Positions 9,793 to 22,225 of a DNA stretch of 64,000 bases are shown piece after piece (position 1 is the first letter of the stretch; each line of letters opens with the position of its first letter). Source of the DNA: an uncultured Kofleriaceae bacterium (lineage in GTDB: Bacteria; Myxococcota_A; Polyangia; HGW-17); contig CAZEZP010000051.1 of NCBI GenBank assembly GCA_964516435.1, positions 6,467 to 70,466 on the forward strand, read 5' to 3'. A model generated the notes under the pieces. The model was given only the letters and a program-made list of their open reading frames with translations. It did no database searches and was not told the DNA's origin. The position numbers were made by a program, and so were the translations under genes.

Positions 9793-10764
9793 TCAGAATG
9801 GGAACTCGAAGAGCACTCCGGCTCCTTCCGGAGAAGCGAACGGCAGCACAAAAGCCCGGAACGGTTTCGGCCGGCGCTGCGAAGCCGCCGCGAAGTAGCG
9901 CCACAGGGTGAAGGCAGCCAGACCCGCTGAAGCGACGGCGAATCCCGTGGCGAAATCGCCGAACAGCATGCCTTCGTCCCGCACGTCTTCATCGAAGGTG
10001 CGCTTCCACTCGCGGTTGCGCAGGACCGCCAGCGAACCGAAGACGGCCAGCCCCGCCAGGCTCACGCCCGTTCCCGCCAGCCCCGTCCAGAAGGAGGCGC
10101 CCAGTCCGGGCCGCCGCGGCCGGCCCCAGTCCATGGCATCGGGATCGGGCAGCAGCGGAGCGTCGGGATCCATTTCCAGCCGGCCTTCCACGGTGAGATT
10201 CTGGGCAGGCTTCACTTCCACGGGAAAATGGCGCTTGAGGTAGCCTTCCTTCTTGATGACGAGTGTGTGCGCACCCGGCTCCAGGTCCAGAACCAGCGGC
10301 GTCGTGCCCGCCGGCCGTCCCTCGACGCGATCGACCCACACGAAGGCGCCCTGGGGCTCCACGAGGACCATGACCTTGCCCGGCCCCGACGGCGGCTCCA
10401 CGGCCGGAGCCGCCCGCTGTTCCTCCAGCAGCCGCTCGAGCGCGGCGATGTGTTTCTCCACGATGGAGGTGAGCGGCCCACTGGGCACCCGGGCGAGATA
10501 GCGCCGGTAAAAGAACAGGGCATTTTCATGGTTCTTCAGCATGCGATGGCATTGTGCAATATTGTAATACATTTCCACCGCATCCACATATTCCAGCACG
10601 GCCTTGTACTCATCCAGCGCTTTCTGGAACTCCCCCTGGCGATAGTATTTTTCCCCCTGCTCGAAATGCATCCGTGCCTTTTCCCGGTTCTCCGGTCCGG
10701 CAGACGAAACGGCCGGCCAGCCCAGGCACATCCAGACGAAGAGGAACGTGAAAATCCGGTTCAT
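9793..10764 (-). CDS. Secreted TPR-repeat / PEGA-domain protein
   Basis: Signal peptide, TPR-like repeats (EKARMHFEQGEKYYRQGEFQKALDEYKAVL), then a PEGA-like beta domain (GAHTLVIKKEGYLKRHFPVEV) and a C-terminal TM segment. Directly downstream of the Ser/Thr kinase gene. Confidence 0.65.
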   Translation of the reverse strand: MNRIFTFLFVWMCLGWPAVSSAGPENREKARMHFEQGEKYYRQGEFQKALDEYKAVLEYVDAVEMYYNIAQCHRMLKNHENALFFYRRYLARVPSGPLTSIVEKHIAALERLLEEQRAAPAVEPPSGPGKVMVLVEPQGAFVWVDRVEGRPAGTTPLVLDLEPGAHTLVIKKEGYLKRHFPVEVKPAQNLTVEGRLEMDPDAPLLPDPDAMDWGRPRRPGLGASFWTGLAGTGVSLAGLAVFGSLAVLRNREWKRTFDEDVRDEGMLFGDFATGFAVASAGLAAFTLWRYFAAASQRRPKPFRAFVLPFASPEGAGVLFEFPF

Positions 10765-10776
10765 GGCATTCCATTC

Positions 10777-12339
10777 TCAAAACATGGGTGGCACGGTGTC
10801 ATCCTCGCCCGGCGGCCGGACATCCATCGGCGCGCCTGTCGCAGACATGCCGCCGCCCGCCGGCGCCATGCCCACGGCAGGACGGGTCGAATGTCCGCCG
10901 CCGGCCGTTTCCGGCGCCATCGCCTCCACGGGAACCGCCGACAGCACCACCACGACATCGGCCGTCACCACGAGTTCCCGCGCCATGCCGGCATGACGGG
11001 CATCCGACGGGGCGATGCGCACCGCCGCACCATCGGGAACCGCCAGTTCCAGCGGCGAGATGCCCTCCATGCGCCGGCCGTCCACATCCACCACGAGGGG
11101 GACGCCCGGCGAATCGGTCTCCACCCGCAGGCGGTGCTCCCGGACGGGAATGGCAGAATCTGCGCCGGAAGGCTTCACTGAAACACCCGCATCCGTTTCC
11201 GACCCCGCCATGGGCGGGATGCCGTCGGCACGGCCGGAAACCGGTGCAGCGGGGCTGGCATGCGGGTAGGGATTCCAGACCGCCCACGCCGGAGGGCGAG
11301 AGCCGCGAAAAACGATGAAATAGATCGCCGTGGCCCCCGCGAGCGCCGCAAGCCCCAGGGCCGCCCAGAGATAGGGCCGCGAACGGGGCCGGACGGCCGC
11401 CTCCCCGGCAGGACGGAGAACATGGAAACTGATGGCTTCCCGGGTCTCGAACGGGGACAGCGTGCGGTTCGTCTCCAGCCGGCGCGCGGCCTCCTCGAGC
11501 GCGCGGACCAGTTCACCCGCCGAGGCGAAACGATCGTCCGGAGATTTGGCCATGGCCTTTTCCAGGACGCGCCAGATTTCCTCGGGGAACCCCGACAGGT
11601 GGCGTGTGATGGGCGTTGGCGGTTCGTCCACGTGCTTGACGAGCAGTTGGGGGATGAAATCGGCTTCGAACGGCAGGCGGCCGGACAGCATGCGGTACAC
11701 GATCACGGCCAGGGCGTACACGTCCGATGCGGGCCCGATGCGGTGCACGTCCCCGGCTGCCTGCTCCGGGCTCATGTAGGCCGGGGTGCCCATGATCAGC
11801 CCGGTGGCCGTGCGCTCTCCTGCACGCAGTTCGGGCTCGAGCACCTTGGCGATGCCGAAATCCACGATTTTCACCTGCAGGCCATTTTTCGTCTCGGCAA
11901 GAAAGATGTTGTCGGGCTTCAGGTCCCGGTGCACCACCCCGGCCGCATGGGCAGCATCCAGCCCGGCCGCCACGGGCCCCACGATGTCGAGCGTCTCGCG
12001 CAGGCTCATGCGGGGACGTTCCCGCATGCGGGCCGCAAGCGTCCTTCCCGCCAGATACTCCATGATCAAGTACAGGCGCCCATCGGAGAGTTGGCCGAAA
12101 TCGAACACCTGAACCACGCGGGGATGCTCGATGCTGTTGACCGCGCGGGCCTCCGCCAGAAAGCGGGCGGCCGTGTCCGCATTGGCGGAATAATGCGCAT
12201 GCAGCACCTTCACGGCCACCTTTCGCCCGATCTGGGGATGCACGCCCAGAAAAACCTGGCCCATGGCGCCCGCTCCCAGCAATTCCTCGATGCGGTAATT
12301 GCCGACGGTACTGCCGATGATGGGTTCGAGAGACGTCAT
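10777..12339 (-). CDS. Serine/threonine protein kinase (Hanks-type) with membrane anchor and C-terminal extracytoplasmic region
   Basis: Glycine loop LGAGAMGQV, catalytic loop HRDLKPDNIFL, DFG (DFGIAK), APE-like SPEQ. Followed by a hydrophobic TM segment and a Pro/Ala-rich tail. Confidence 0.9.
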   Translation of the reverse strand: MTSLEPIIGSTVGNYRIEELLGAGAMGQVFLGVHPQIGRKVAVKVLHAHYSANADTAARFLAEARAVNSIEHPRVVQVFDFGQLSDGRLYLIMEYLAGRTLAARMRERPRMSLRETLDIVGPVAAGLDAAHAAGVVHRDLKPDNIFLAETKNGLQVKIVDFGIAKVLEPELRAGERTATGLIMGTPAYMSPEQAAGDVHRIGPASDVYALAVIVYRMLSGRLPFEADFIPQLLVKHVDEPPTPITRHLSGFPEEIWRVLEKAMAKSPDDRFASAGELVRALEEAARRLETNRTLSPFETREAISFHVLRPAGEAAVRPRSRPYLWAALGLAALAGATAIYFIVFRGSRPPAWAVWNPYPHASPAAPVSGRADGIPPMAGSETDAGVSVKPSGADSAIPVREHRLRVETDSPGVPLVVDVDGRRMEGISPLELAVPDGAAVRIAPSDARHAGMARELVVTADVVVVLSAVPVEAMAPETAGGGHSTRPAVGMAPAGGGMSATGAPMDVRPPGEDDTVPPMF

Positions 12340-12493
12340 GCTTTTCCGAAATCCTGCCGGGGCCCGCGCCCTGCGTGAAACCGCGAACTACAAGGTAGAC
12401 GAAAGGGTCCGGCTTGGCAAGCACGGCCGCAGCCTGCGGCAGGTGCCGCGTGGCGGCGGATTTTCAGGGGGCCTTCCCGGATGGGCGTCCCCG

Positions 12494-15094
<2,601 letters not shown>

Positions 15095-15125
15095 GGTTTT
15101 CCTCCCCCTTTCCCTGGTTTTTTGA

Positions 15126-15980
15126 TTATGCAGCCATCGCCATCAAGCGCCGGATGCGCTCCTCGATGGGCGGATGCGTCGAAAACAGCGATTCCAGCCC
15201 GCCACGCACCCGCGGCATGGCGATGTACAGATGCGCCAGCGCCGGGTCCGCATGCCGCGCCGGCCGCCGTGCGTGATAGCCGCCCAGTTTCGCCAGCGCG
15301 CTGGCCAGCCCCCGCGGCGTGCCCGCCAGTTCGGCGCCAAGCCGGTCGGCCTCGTACTCCCGGGTGCGCGAGATGGCCATCTGGATCAGGGCGGCCACCA
15401 GCGGCGCGAACACCATGAACACCAGCATGGCCAGCGGGTTGGGCCCGTCCTCGTCGGAGGTGCGGCCCGCGAACAGCAGCATGTACCCGGCCAGGTTCGC
15501 GAGCATGGAAATGGCGCCGGCGAGCGTGGCCGCGATGGTGGAAATGAGCATGTCACGGTGCACGATGTGCGCGATCTCATGGGCCAGCACGCCCTCGATC
15601 TCCCGCTGGTCGCACAGGTCTAAAAGCCCCGTGGTCACGGCCACCACGCCCGAGGACGGCGAACGGCCCGTGGCGAAGGCATTGGGCGCCGGGTCTTCCA
15701 CGATGTACAGGGACGGCTTGGGGATGCCGGCGCGCCGGGCGAGCCTCTCCACGATTTCATGCAGCCACGGCAGTTCGCGCGGCCCCACGAGGCGGCCCCG
15801 GTGCATGGCCAGCACCACCTGGTCGGACACCAGGAACATGAAGAAGTTCACCAGACCCATGACCACGATGGCGCCAAAGGCCCACTCCATCCCGCCGAAC
15901 ACGTAGCCGACCCCGCCCGCCAGCGCCGTGAGCGCCGAGATGAGCAGGAAAGTCTTGGTGTGGTTCCATACGGCGTTCAT
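15126..15980 (-). CDS. htpX: Zinc metalloprotease HtpX (M48 family)
   Basis: HEIAHIVHRDM HEXXH motif, four TM segments, M48 topology. Start chosen at MNAVWN. Sits immediately upstream of and co-oriented with clpB (heat-shock pair). Confidence 0.9.
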   Translation of the reverse strand: MNAVWNHTKTFLLISALTALAGGVGYVFGGMEWAFGAIVVMGLVNFFMFLVSDQVVLAMHRGRLVGPRELPWLHEIVERLARRAGIPKPSLYIVEDPAPNAFATGRSPSSGVVAVTTGLLDLCDQREIEGVLAHEIAHIVHRDMLISTIAATLAGAISMLANLAGYMLLFAGRTSDEDGPNPLAMLVFMVFAPLVAALIQMAISRTREYEADRLGAELAGTPRGLASALAKLGGYHARRPARHADPALAHLYIAMPRVRGGLESLFSTHPPIEERIRRLMAMAA

Positions 15981-16282
15981 CCTCGTTCCTCCTGGTCGGT
16001 TTGCTGTGTCGGTCCGCATGCTTGGCCCCCCCGACCGCAGGCCAACCTAAGCACGCGCGGTGCCCGGTCAAGATGCCGCCGCAGCCGCCCATGCTCCCGG
16101 AAACCCGTTTCGTCCCGGCGGTCAAGACTTTGCCCTTGACAAAACGCATTTTCCTGCGGCTTGCTCTTCACGTCTGAAAAACGGCGAAAACCTTTCGGGT
16201 TCTTCCCTTTTTCCGAAAAACGGCAGGATCGTGCCCTGCCACCATCCAGGGGTATTCCCCCAAGAAAGGAAGTCGGACTCCA

Positions 16283-16981
16283 ATGCCCAAATCCTCCACT
16301 AAGACATCGGGACATCCCATGCGGGAACTGGTGGAAGCCGCCCGCGAAATGCTGCACCGCATCCGGGAACGCTGGCCCGGGGATCCCGTGCTGACGCATG
16401 CGGCCAAACGGCTCGATGTGCAGGTGCAGCGGATGGCCGAAGGCTATGCCGGCGTGGACGCGGTCCCCTCCACCCGGAAGGTGCAGGAGGCCGACGAATA
16501 CCGTGACGCGGCCATCCGTGCCCTGCACCACCATCTGCGCGCCCTCCTGTATTCCAGAGCCCACAGCGATACCTGGAAGGCGGCGAAAAGCCTGCTGCGC
16601 GTGATGACCGGAGACGGCCTCGCGTGGATTCACGACACGTACACCCTCCAGAGCGTCCGGATCCAGGAAATCCTCACCCGGTTCGATTCCATGACCCGGG
16701 AAATCGAAACCTGCTCGGCCGGCGTGTTCGTGGAACAGTTGCGCCATGCACAGGCCGTCTTTTCCCAGGCGATGCAGCAGCGGGCGCACGTCGTTTCCGA
16801 GAAGCCGACACCCGTGCGGGAAGTGATTCCGGATTTCAGGCGCAGCCTGCAGTTGATGCTGGCGCTGGTGGAAGACCGCGAAGCCGGCGCCGACCGCGCG
16901 TACGTGCTCGAGCCCTTCGCCCGGCTGCGCGCGCATCCGGTCCGGGACGACGCAAGGGAAACGGACGCCCCGGCGCCCTAG
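16283..16981 (+). CDS. Hypothetical protein
   Basis: 232 aa, coding-like composition in a single frame, no recognisable motif. Followed by the 41-bp tandem repeat array. Confidence 0.4.
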   Translation: MPKSSTKTSGHPMRELVEAAREMLHRIRERWPGDPVLTHAAKRLDVQVQRMAEGYAGVDAVPSTRKVQEADEYRDAAIRALHHHLRALLYSRAHSDTWKAAKSLLRVMTGDGLAWIHDTYTLQSVRIQEILTRFDSMTREIETCSAGVFVEQLRHAQAVFSQAMQQRAHVVSEKPTPVREVIPDFRRSLQLMLALVEDREAGADRAYVLEPFARLRAHPVRDDARETDAPAP

Positions 16982-17039
16982 CCATACGGGCCGTTCTCCC
17001 CCGCGACACCTCCTCGCAGACATTGGGCGTCCGTTTTCC

Positions 17040-17194
17040 CCCAAACATCCCCGGACTCCCCGTTTGCGCCCGTTTTTACGCCCAAACGCCTCCGGATCCC
17101 CCGTGTGCGCCTGTCTCCACGCCCAAACGCCTCCGGATCCCCCGTTTGCGCCCGTCTCCACGCAAAAACGCCTTCGACCCCCCCGTGGCCGACG
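17040..17194. repeat. Intergenic tandem direct repeat, 41-bp unit x about 3.8 copies
   Basis: Units at 17040-17080, 17081-17121 and 17122-17162 (cccaaacgcctccggatcccccgt[g/t]tgcgcc[t/c]gtctccacg), plus a degenerate partial unit to about 17194. Lies between the convergent genes 16283..16981(+) and 17225..18403(-). Confidence 0.85.
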
Positions 17195-17224
17195 CATTTT
17201 TCCTGTCACTGCGAACGAACGTCC

Positions 17225-18403
17225 TCAGGATTTGGACAGGAGGGCCAGTTGCACCCGGAGCCGTTCGGCGGCCTTGTGCCCGATCTTCTGGACGGTCTGG
17301 GTGCGCAAAAAGGCGAAGACGCCCGATGTCTCGTCGGGATGGATGCAGTCCCCCGCCCACACCCCGCCGGCGGCGAACGCCCTCCGCGCCGCCAGCGCCG
17401 CCGCGTGATCCCCCACCACGATGTGATCCGCGCGACCCAGCCGGGGCAGGCAGGATTCGGGCTTGGACACCAGAAGCACCAGATACCGCACGCGATGCCG
17501 CGCCGACTCGGCCACCATCTCCTCCACCGTGGAGCGCACCACCACAGGCACGTGCTCCATGTCCCGCGTCCAGGGCGCCCTCGGTTCGGGCAGCGCAGCC
17601 AGATGGGATTCCATGCGGGCCACCAGCCGGCGGGACGTCGTCAGAAACCCCACGGCGGAATTCGGGTCGTCGGTGAGCCAGTTGGAGAAAATTTCCAGCA
17701 CCGGCTGCACGCCGGACGTGGAATCCGTGAGTACCAGCAAGTCATATCCGGAAACGGGACGAATGCCGTGCAGAATTTCCCAGGCCGCGCGCACCAGCCG
17801 GTTCTGCCCGGCCACCAGGATCTTCTCGGGCACCGGCCCGAACCATCCGGAGAGCAGCCCCACCAGCCCCGCCACGCCGCCGGCGCGGAAGATTTCGGTG
17901 GCCTCGCCCATCGAAGCCGCCAGGATGTTCACGGGCGACACGCCGCCCGCCGCATCCGGCTCCAGCAGCGCCACCCGGCGCGGCACGCCCGCGATGGCGG
18001 CCGCGGTCAGGAACGCGCCCAGTTCATGGGGAACCTGCTCCTCCCAACTGCCGGGCGCCACGATGGCAACGCTCTGAAGCGGCCGTATCTCCTGGGAAAT
18101 CTTGACGCCCGTGGTGGGGTCCACGATGCACGGACGCAGCGTCTCGTACTGGCGCAGCGCCACCTTGCGCTGGATGTGGAAGAGGCTTTCCAGCGCAGCC
18201 TGCTGGGGCGGCGTCACGTGCCCGCGCGCGAGTTCCACCAGTTCCGGACCGATGACGAGCGGCCTTCCCCGGCAAGCGGCCTCCACGCCGGCAAATCCCG
18301 CCTGCTCGGATTCCTCGATGCGTTTCTGCGCCTTTCCCCGCAACAGCGTCGCCATCTGCGGCGGCGCCTCCAGTTGTTCCACGAGGCGCAGGGCCATGCG
18401 CAC
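17225..18403 (-). CDS. Histidinol dehydrogenase (HisD)-family protein, divergent
   Basis: The central region follows the HisD pattern (EIFRAGGVAGLVGLLSGWFGPVPEKILVAGQNRLVRAAWEIL, compare GGAQAIAALAYG...VDKIVGPGNiYV..AK). The canonical catalytic QAEH-type motif and histidine ligands are not evident, so function is uncertain. Confidence 0.4.
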   Translation of the reverse strand: MRMALRLVEQLEAPPQMATLLRGKAQKRIEESEQAGFAGVEAACRGRPLVIGPELVELARGHVTPPQQAALESLFHIQRKVALRQYETLRPCIVDPTTGVKISQEIRPLQSVAIVAPGSWEEQVPHELGAFLTAAAIAGVPRRVALLEPDAAGGVSPVNILAASMGEATEIFRAGGVAGLVGLLSGWFGPVPEKILVAGQNRLVRAAWEILHGIRPVSGYDLLVLTDSTSGVQPVLEIFSNWLTDDPNSAVGFLTTSRRLVARMESHLAALPEPRAPWTRDMEHVPVVVRSTVEEMVAESARHRVRYLVLLVSKPESCLPRLGRADHIVVGDHAAALAARRAFAAGGVWAGDCIHPDETSGVFAFLRTQTVQKIGHKAAERLRVQLALLSKS

Positions 18404-18404
18404 C

Positions 18405-18860
18405 TCAGTTGGGAAGCCCGCAAGCGCGATGATGAGAAGAATAAATGTAGCGGGAAGGAGGAACCACGGAAATCATGACCTGGGGATTTCCCGAGCCCAG
18501 GGGACCACCCTTCTGCTCGATGACCCGCTGCAACTGGCGGCTGTCCTCGCGCGCCATGGCCAGTTGTTCCTCGCTGTCCACCGGAACGGGCTCGGCCACG
18601 ATCTCCTCGTGGTCGAGGTGCAGCAGTTCGGCGAACTCCTGCAGATTGACCTGCCGGGTCTTTTCCTCGAAAGCATTCGGACGCTCCGCAGCGCCCTGGA
18701 CTTGCCCCGCCCGCACAGGCGCCGGCACCCCATTTTCCGTCTGCATCTTTTGCACCTGGGACGGATTTGCCGGCACCCGGAAGAACCGGTACAGAACCAC
18801 GGCCGTCACCACCACGCCCAGCAGGAAGGAACCAACGATGAAAACCAGCGGCAGCCACAT
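18405..18860 (-). CDS. Hypothetical small membrane protein
   Basis: Start chosen at MWLPLVFIVGSFLLGVVVTAVVL (one TM helix). Acidic or low-complexity remainder. Abuts the start of the HisD-like gene. Weak. Confidence 0.3.
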   Translation of the reverse strand: MWLPLVFIVGSFLLGVVVTAVVLYRFFRVPANPSQVQKMQTENGVPAPVRAGQVQGAAERPNAFEEKTRQVNLQEFAELLHLDHEEIVAEPVPVDSEEQLAMAREDSRQLQRVIEQKGGPLGSGNPQVMISVVPPSRYIYSSHHRACGLPN

Positions 18861-19053
18861 GACCCAAGCCTCCGATGCAAACGGGATGCTCCCGGTGGCA
18901 CACGAATATGACATTTGCAGGGAAAAGTCAAAAAAACACCAGACAGTTGGCCTGAAAAACGATTTTTTCATTTTTGGTCTTCCACATCGGAAATGGATCG
19001 CACTTCATCCCCAGCTTGCCGGAAAACGTTTCCTGTGCTTCACTGTCCGTCCC

Positions 19054-19989
19054 ATGCGTGGTTTTTCATCTTTTGTCCAGCACATCGTAGGCCATGACAG
19101 CGTACTGGAAGGACTGGAACGCTCCCTGGAGTCCGGGCGCTTTCCGCATGCCTGCCTGTTCGCCGGCCCGCAGGGAGTGGGCAAGCGCACCACGGCCCTG
19201 GCCCTGGCCGCCCATCTTCTGCAGGACACCCCCAATGCCACGTCCCGGGTGGAGCAGAACATCCATCCGGACTGCCTGTTCATCGATACGGCATGGGGGA
19301 CCGACGCCCCCTCCTCCTCCATCAGGATCGAGGCCGTGCGCCAACTCGAGGAGCGCCTGGTCGTGGGCGCATTCGAGGGAACCCGCCTGGTGGTGATCCT
19401 CGACCCGGCCGACGCGATGACGGACGCCGCCGCCAACGCGCTGCTCAAGACCCTGGAGGAGCCCCCGGAAAACGTCTACTTCATCCTCGTCACCGCGGCC
19501 CCCTACCAGTTGCCGGCCACCATCCGCTCCCGCTGCCGGATGGTGCGTTTCTCCCCCCTTTCCGATGGGGATTTGCAGACCCTCCTGCACCGGCTCCATC
19601 CGGGCCGCCGGCTGGATGATCACATCGGCTCCTACTGCGACGGCAGCATCGGCAACGCCGTGGCCCTGCTCGAATCGGAACTGCACGCCGGCTTTCCCGA
19701 ACTGGCCCGCCGCTGCCGCGACCTGTGCGCCGGCGGCTCCCTGCCCGAACTGTTCGACATGGCCGAGACGGTCTCGAACTGGGAGCGGGAGGACCTGCGC
19801 ATTTTTTTGCTTGTCTTTTTGATGGAAATCCGGGATGCATTCGTGGGGCGGACTGCGTGGACGCCGCCGCGCGCTCCCGATCTGGCGGCATGGATGGATG
19901 CCATCGAAACGGCCCGCCGGGACGTCGACGCCAATGTCAACCGCCGCATCCTGATGGAAAACCTGTTCTGGAAACTGAGGCGGACATGA
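19054..19989 (+). CDS. holB: DNA polymerase III subunit delta prime
   Basis: MRGFSSFVQHIVGHDSVLEGL...LFAGPQGVGKRT (Walker A-like). Sensor motifs ILDPADAMT and ALLKTLEEPP are typical of HolB. Start ATG at 19054. The longer upstream ORF frame was rejected. Confidence 0.9.
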   Translation: MRGFSSFVQHIVGHDSVLEGLERSLESGRFPHACLFAGPQGVGKRTTALALAAHLLQDTPNATSRVEQNIHPDCLFIDTAWGTDAPSSSIRIEAVRQLEERLVVGAFEGTRLVVILDPADAMTDAAANALLKTLEEPPENVYFILVTAAPYQLPATIRSRCRMVRFSPLSDGDLQTLLHRLHPGRRLDDHIGSYCDGSIGNAVALLESELHAGFPELARRCRDLCAGGSLPELFDMAETVSNWEREDLRIFLLVFLMEIRDAFVGRTAWTPPRAPDLAAWMDAIETARRDVDANVNRRILMENLFWKLRRT

Positions 19990-21227
19990 ACCGGAGATCG
20001 AACCGCAGGAATCACCACGACGGCAAGCGGCCGCCGCATGGGAACGCACAGCCATCCCGGGGGCCTCGCATCCGGCAGAACGCCGCTCCCGCGGACGTGG
20101 ATTCCGAAAGCGATCCGGACCTCCTTTCCAGCCGTGCGGGAAGCGACGACCGGGAATCGGCCAGCGGGCTCTATCCCGCCGCCGAGATGATCGAGTACGG
20201 GCACGATGAGGAACCGGAAACCTTCGATGCCGCCCGGATGGCCGCTTATGATGTCCCATTGCCGTGGGATGCGCCCGACCCGTTCGGGGACGACCTCTTC
20301 GCCCAACTGGAACCGGGCTTCAGGCCAGATGCTGCTGCCGCGTGGGAAACCTCGGTGATGGTGCGTTGGGGACTCCCGCCTCGCGCCAGCGAGTTCCACG
20401 GAGAAACAACCGGCCTGCAGCCCGGCGACACGGTACTGGTGGAAACCGAGAAAGGCCAGTTCTACGGCGAGGTGGTCTCGCCAGTGCGCATCGTACCCAG
20501 GGGAAAAGCCGAGTTTCCGCGCAGGATTCTGCGGGTCGCGACCGCCCAGGACCTGGAACTCGCCGAAAAGCACCGCAAGTTGTCCGTGGACGCATTCGAG
20601 TTCGCCAACGACCGGATACGCCAGTTGAAACTGGAAATGAAACTGTTCACCGTATTCGTGCTGGCCAGTTGCGACAAGATGATGTTCTACTTCACCGCGG
20701 ACGCCCGCGTAGACTTCCGGCGGCTCGTGCGCGACCTGGCGGCGCGGTTCTCCATGCGCATCGAGATGCGCCAGATGGGCCCCCGCGACGACTCCCGGAT
20801 CACCGGCGGACTCGGAATCTGCGGCCGGGAACTGTGCTGTTCATCCCATCTGAACCGCTTCGTGCCGGTTTCCATCCGCATGGCCAAAGACCAGAACCTG
20901 GTGCTCAACCCGCAGAACATCTCCGGGCAGTGCGGCCGCCTCAAATGCTGCCTGGCATACGAGCAGGATTTCTACCAGGAACTGCGCGAGGGCATGCCCA
21001 AGATCGGCAAGCGCATCGAGGTCGCCGACGGCATGGCCCGGGTGCAGGACGTGAACCTGATCACCGGCCAGATCCGCGTGCTGCTGGAGAGTGGCGGCAT
21101 CGCCACCTACTCGCGGGAGCAATACATGGCCATGCAGAAGGAGAAGGCGCAGGATGCGGAGGCCTCCTCCGAGGCGGAACCGGAGCCGGACGCATCCGAT
21201 GAACCGGATCCCGCTCCGGAGACGTGA
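19986..21227 (+). CDS. ricT: PSP1 C-terminal domain protein (RicT/YaaT homologue) with long low-complexity N-terminal extension
   Basis: Conserved PSP1 core (LKLEMKLFTVFVLASCDKMMFYFTADARVDFRRLVRDLAARFSMRIEMRQMGPRD...GICGRELCCSSHL...GQCGRLKCCLAYE). Start ATG overlaps the holB stop (ATGA). The holB-yaaT synteny is as in Firmicutes. Confidence 0.8.
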   Translation: MNRRSNRRNHHDGKRPPHGNAQPSRGPRIRQNAAPADVDSESDPDLLSSRAGSDDRESASGLYPAAEMIEYGHDEEPETFDAARMAAYDVPLPWDAPDPFGDDLFAQLEPGFRPDAAAAWETSVMVRWGLPPRASEFHGETTGLQPGDTVLVETEKGQFYGEVVSPVRIVPRGKAEFPRRILRVATAQDLELAEKHRKLSVDAFEFANDRIRQLKLEMKLFTVFVLASCDKMMFYFTADARVDFRRLVRDLAARFSMRIEMRQMGPRDDSRITGGLGICGRELCCSSHLNRFVPVSIRMAKDQNLVLNPQNISGQCGRLKCCLAYEQDFYQELREGMPKIGKRIEVADGMARVQDVNLITGQIRVLLESGGIATYSREQYMAMQKEKAQDAEASSEAEPEPDASDEPDPAPET

Positions 21228-22225
21228 CCATGTTCTTCCGGCCCAGAAGTCCCCTTTCACCGGCCGCCATCGAACGCGACCTGACCCATGCCGCCGAGCG
21301 CGTGCGCGAAGCCGCCGTGCGGGAGCTGGGTCGCGTGCCACCGGATTTTCCGGACCTCGCGAACCGGCTGGAACGGGCGCTGACGGATACGTCCCCCTTC
21401 GTGCGCACCACGGCCATGTATTCCCTCCTGGAACAGCATCTCGAAACCCGCCTGCAGGACGCCGTGCTGCAGGCGCTGGACGATCCCGCTTCCCGCGTGC
21501 GCGAAGCCGCCGTCATCGCCCTGGCGGCGCTGGACGATGCGACGGTCCGGCCACGGCTGGCGGCTCTTCTCGATGACGCGGATCCGGCCGTCCGGCACGC
21601 CGCGATTCTCACGGCCGCCGAGAAGGGATACTTCGATTTGCAGGACCGCATGGCGGAAAAACTGGCGGATGATGCCGACGACGAGGTGCGGGCCGCGGCC
21701 GCGGCCGCGCTCGCGGAATGCCCCGACCCACCGGAGGAAATCCTGCGCCGCGCCGCAGAAACGGATTCCTGCCGGGACGTGCGCTTCGAGGCGGCCATGG
21801 CGCTGGCCCGACACCGCGCGCCCTCATCCGCAAAACATCTGCTTCCCTTCCTGGCCCATGACGATTTGTTCACCGACGCCGTGGAGCAACTGTGCCGCCT
21901 GGCGGACGAATCCGTGCGAGCCGAGGTGGCGCGGTTCTATGAGCGACGTTTCCTCCCGGCCGCACGAAAGTTGCTGCTAGGCGCCCTGCTGTGCCGCCTG
22001 GGCGACGAACGCGCCCGGCCCTACATGGAAAAGAAGACCCGCGCGCTGTTCCAGGAAACCCGTGTCTGGGCCATCCATGCACTGGGGCTGGCCCAAACCG
22101 CATGGGCCCGCGAGTTGCTGGTGGCCATCGCGGCCCAGCGGTCTGGAACGCAGGAGGCCGAAACCGCCGCCGACGAACTGGCTGACATGGCGCCCGACCA
22201 TGCGCCGGAAACCACCAAACCATGA
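21224..22225 (+). CDS. HEAT-repeat (PBS lyase-like) protein
   Basis: Repeated about 30-aa units of the form ...VR.AA..ALG...D...V..L..LL.D.D..VR.AA. The start (GTG 21224 or ATG 21230) overlaps the ricT stop, and its own stop overlaps the tatD start. Confidence 0.6.
   Translation: MTMFFRPRSPLSPAAIERDLTHAAERVREAAVRELGRVPPDFPDLANRLERALTDTSPFVRTTAMYSLLEQHLETRLQDAVLQALDDPASRVREAAVIALAALDDATVRPRLAALLDDADPAVRHAAILTAAEKGYFDLQDRMAEKLADDADDEVRAAAAAALAECPDPPEEILRRAAETDSCRDVRFEAAMALARHRAPSSAKHLLPFLAHDDLFTDAVEQLCRLADESVRAEVARFYERRFLPAARKLLLGALLCRLGDERARPYMEKKTRALFQETRVWAIHALGLAQTAWARELLVAIAAQRSGTQEAETAADELADMAPDHAPETTKP

Noticed and set aside
17040-17194. Possible CRISPR array
   Set aside because: Repeats are directly adjacent with no unique spacers, a 41-bp unit, and no cas genes. 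Called a tandem minisatellite instead.
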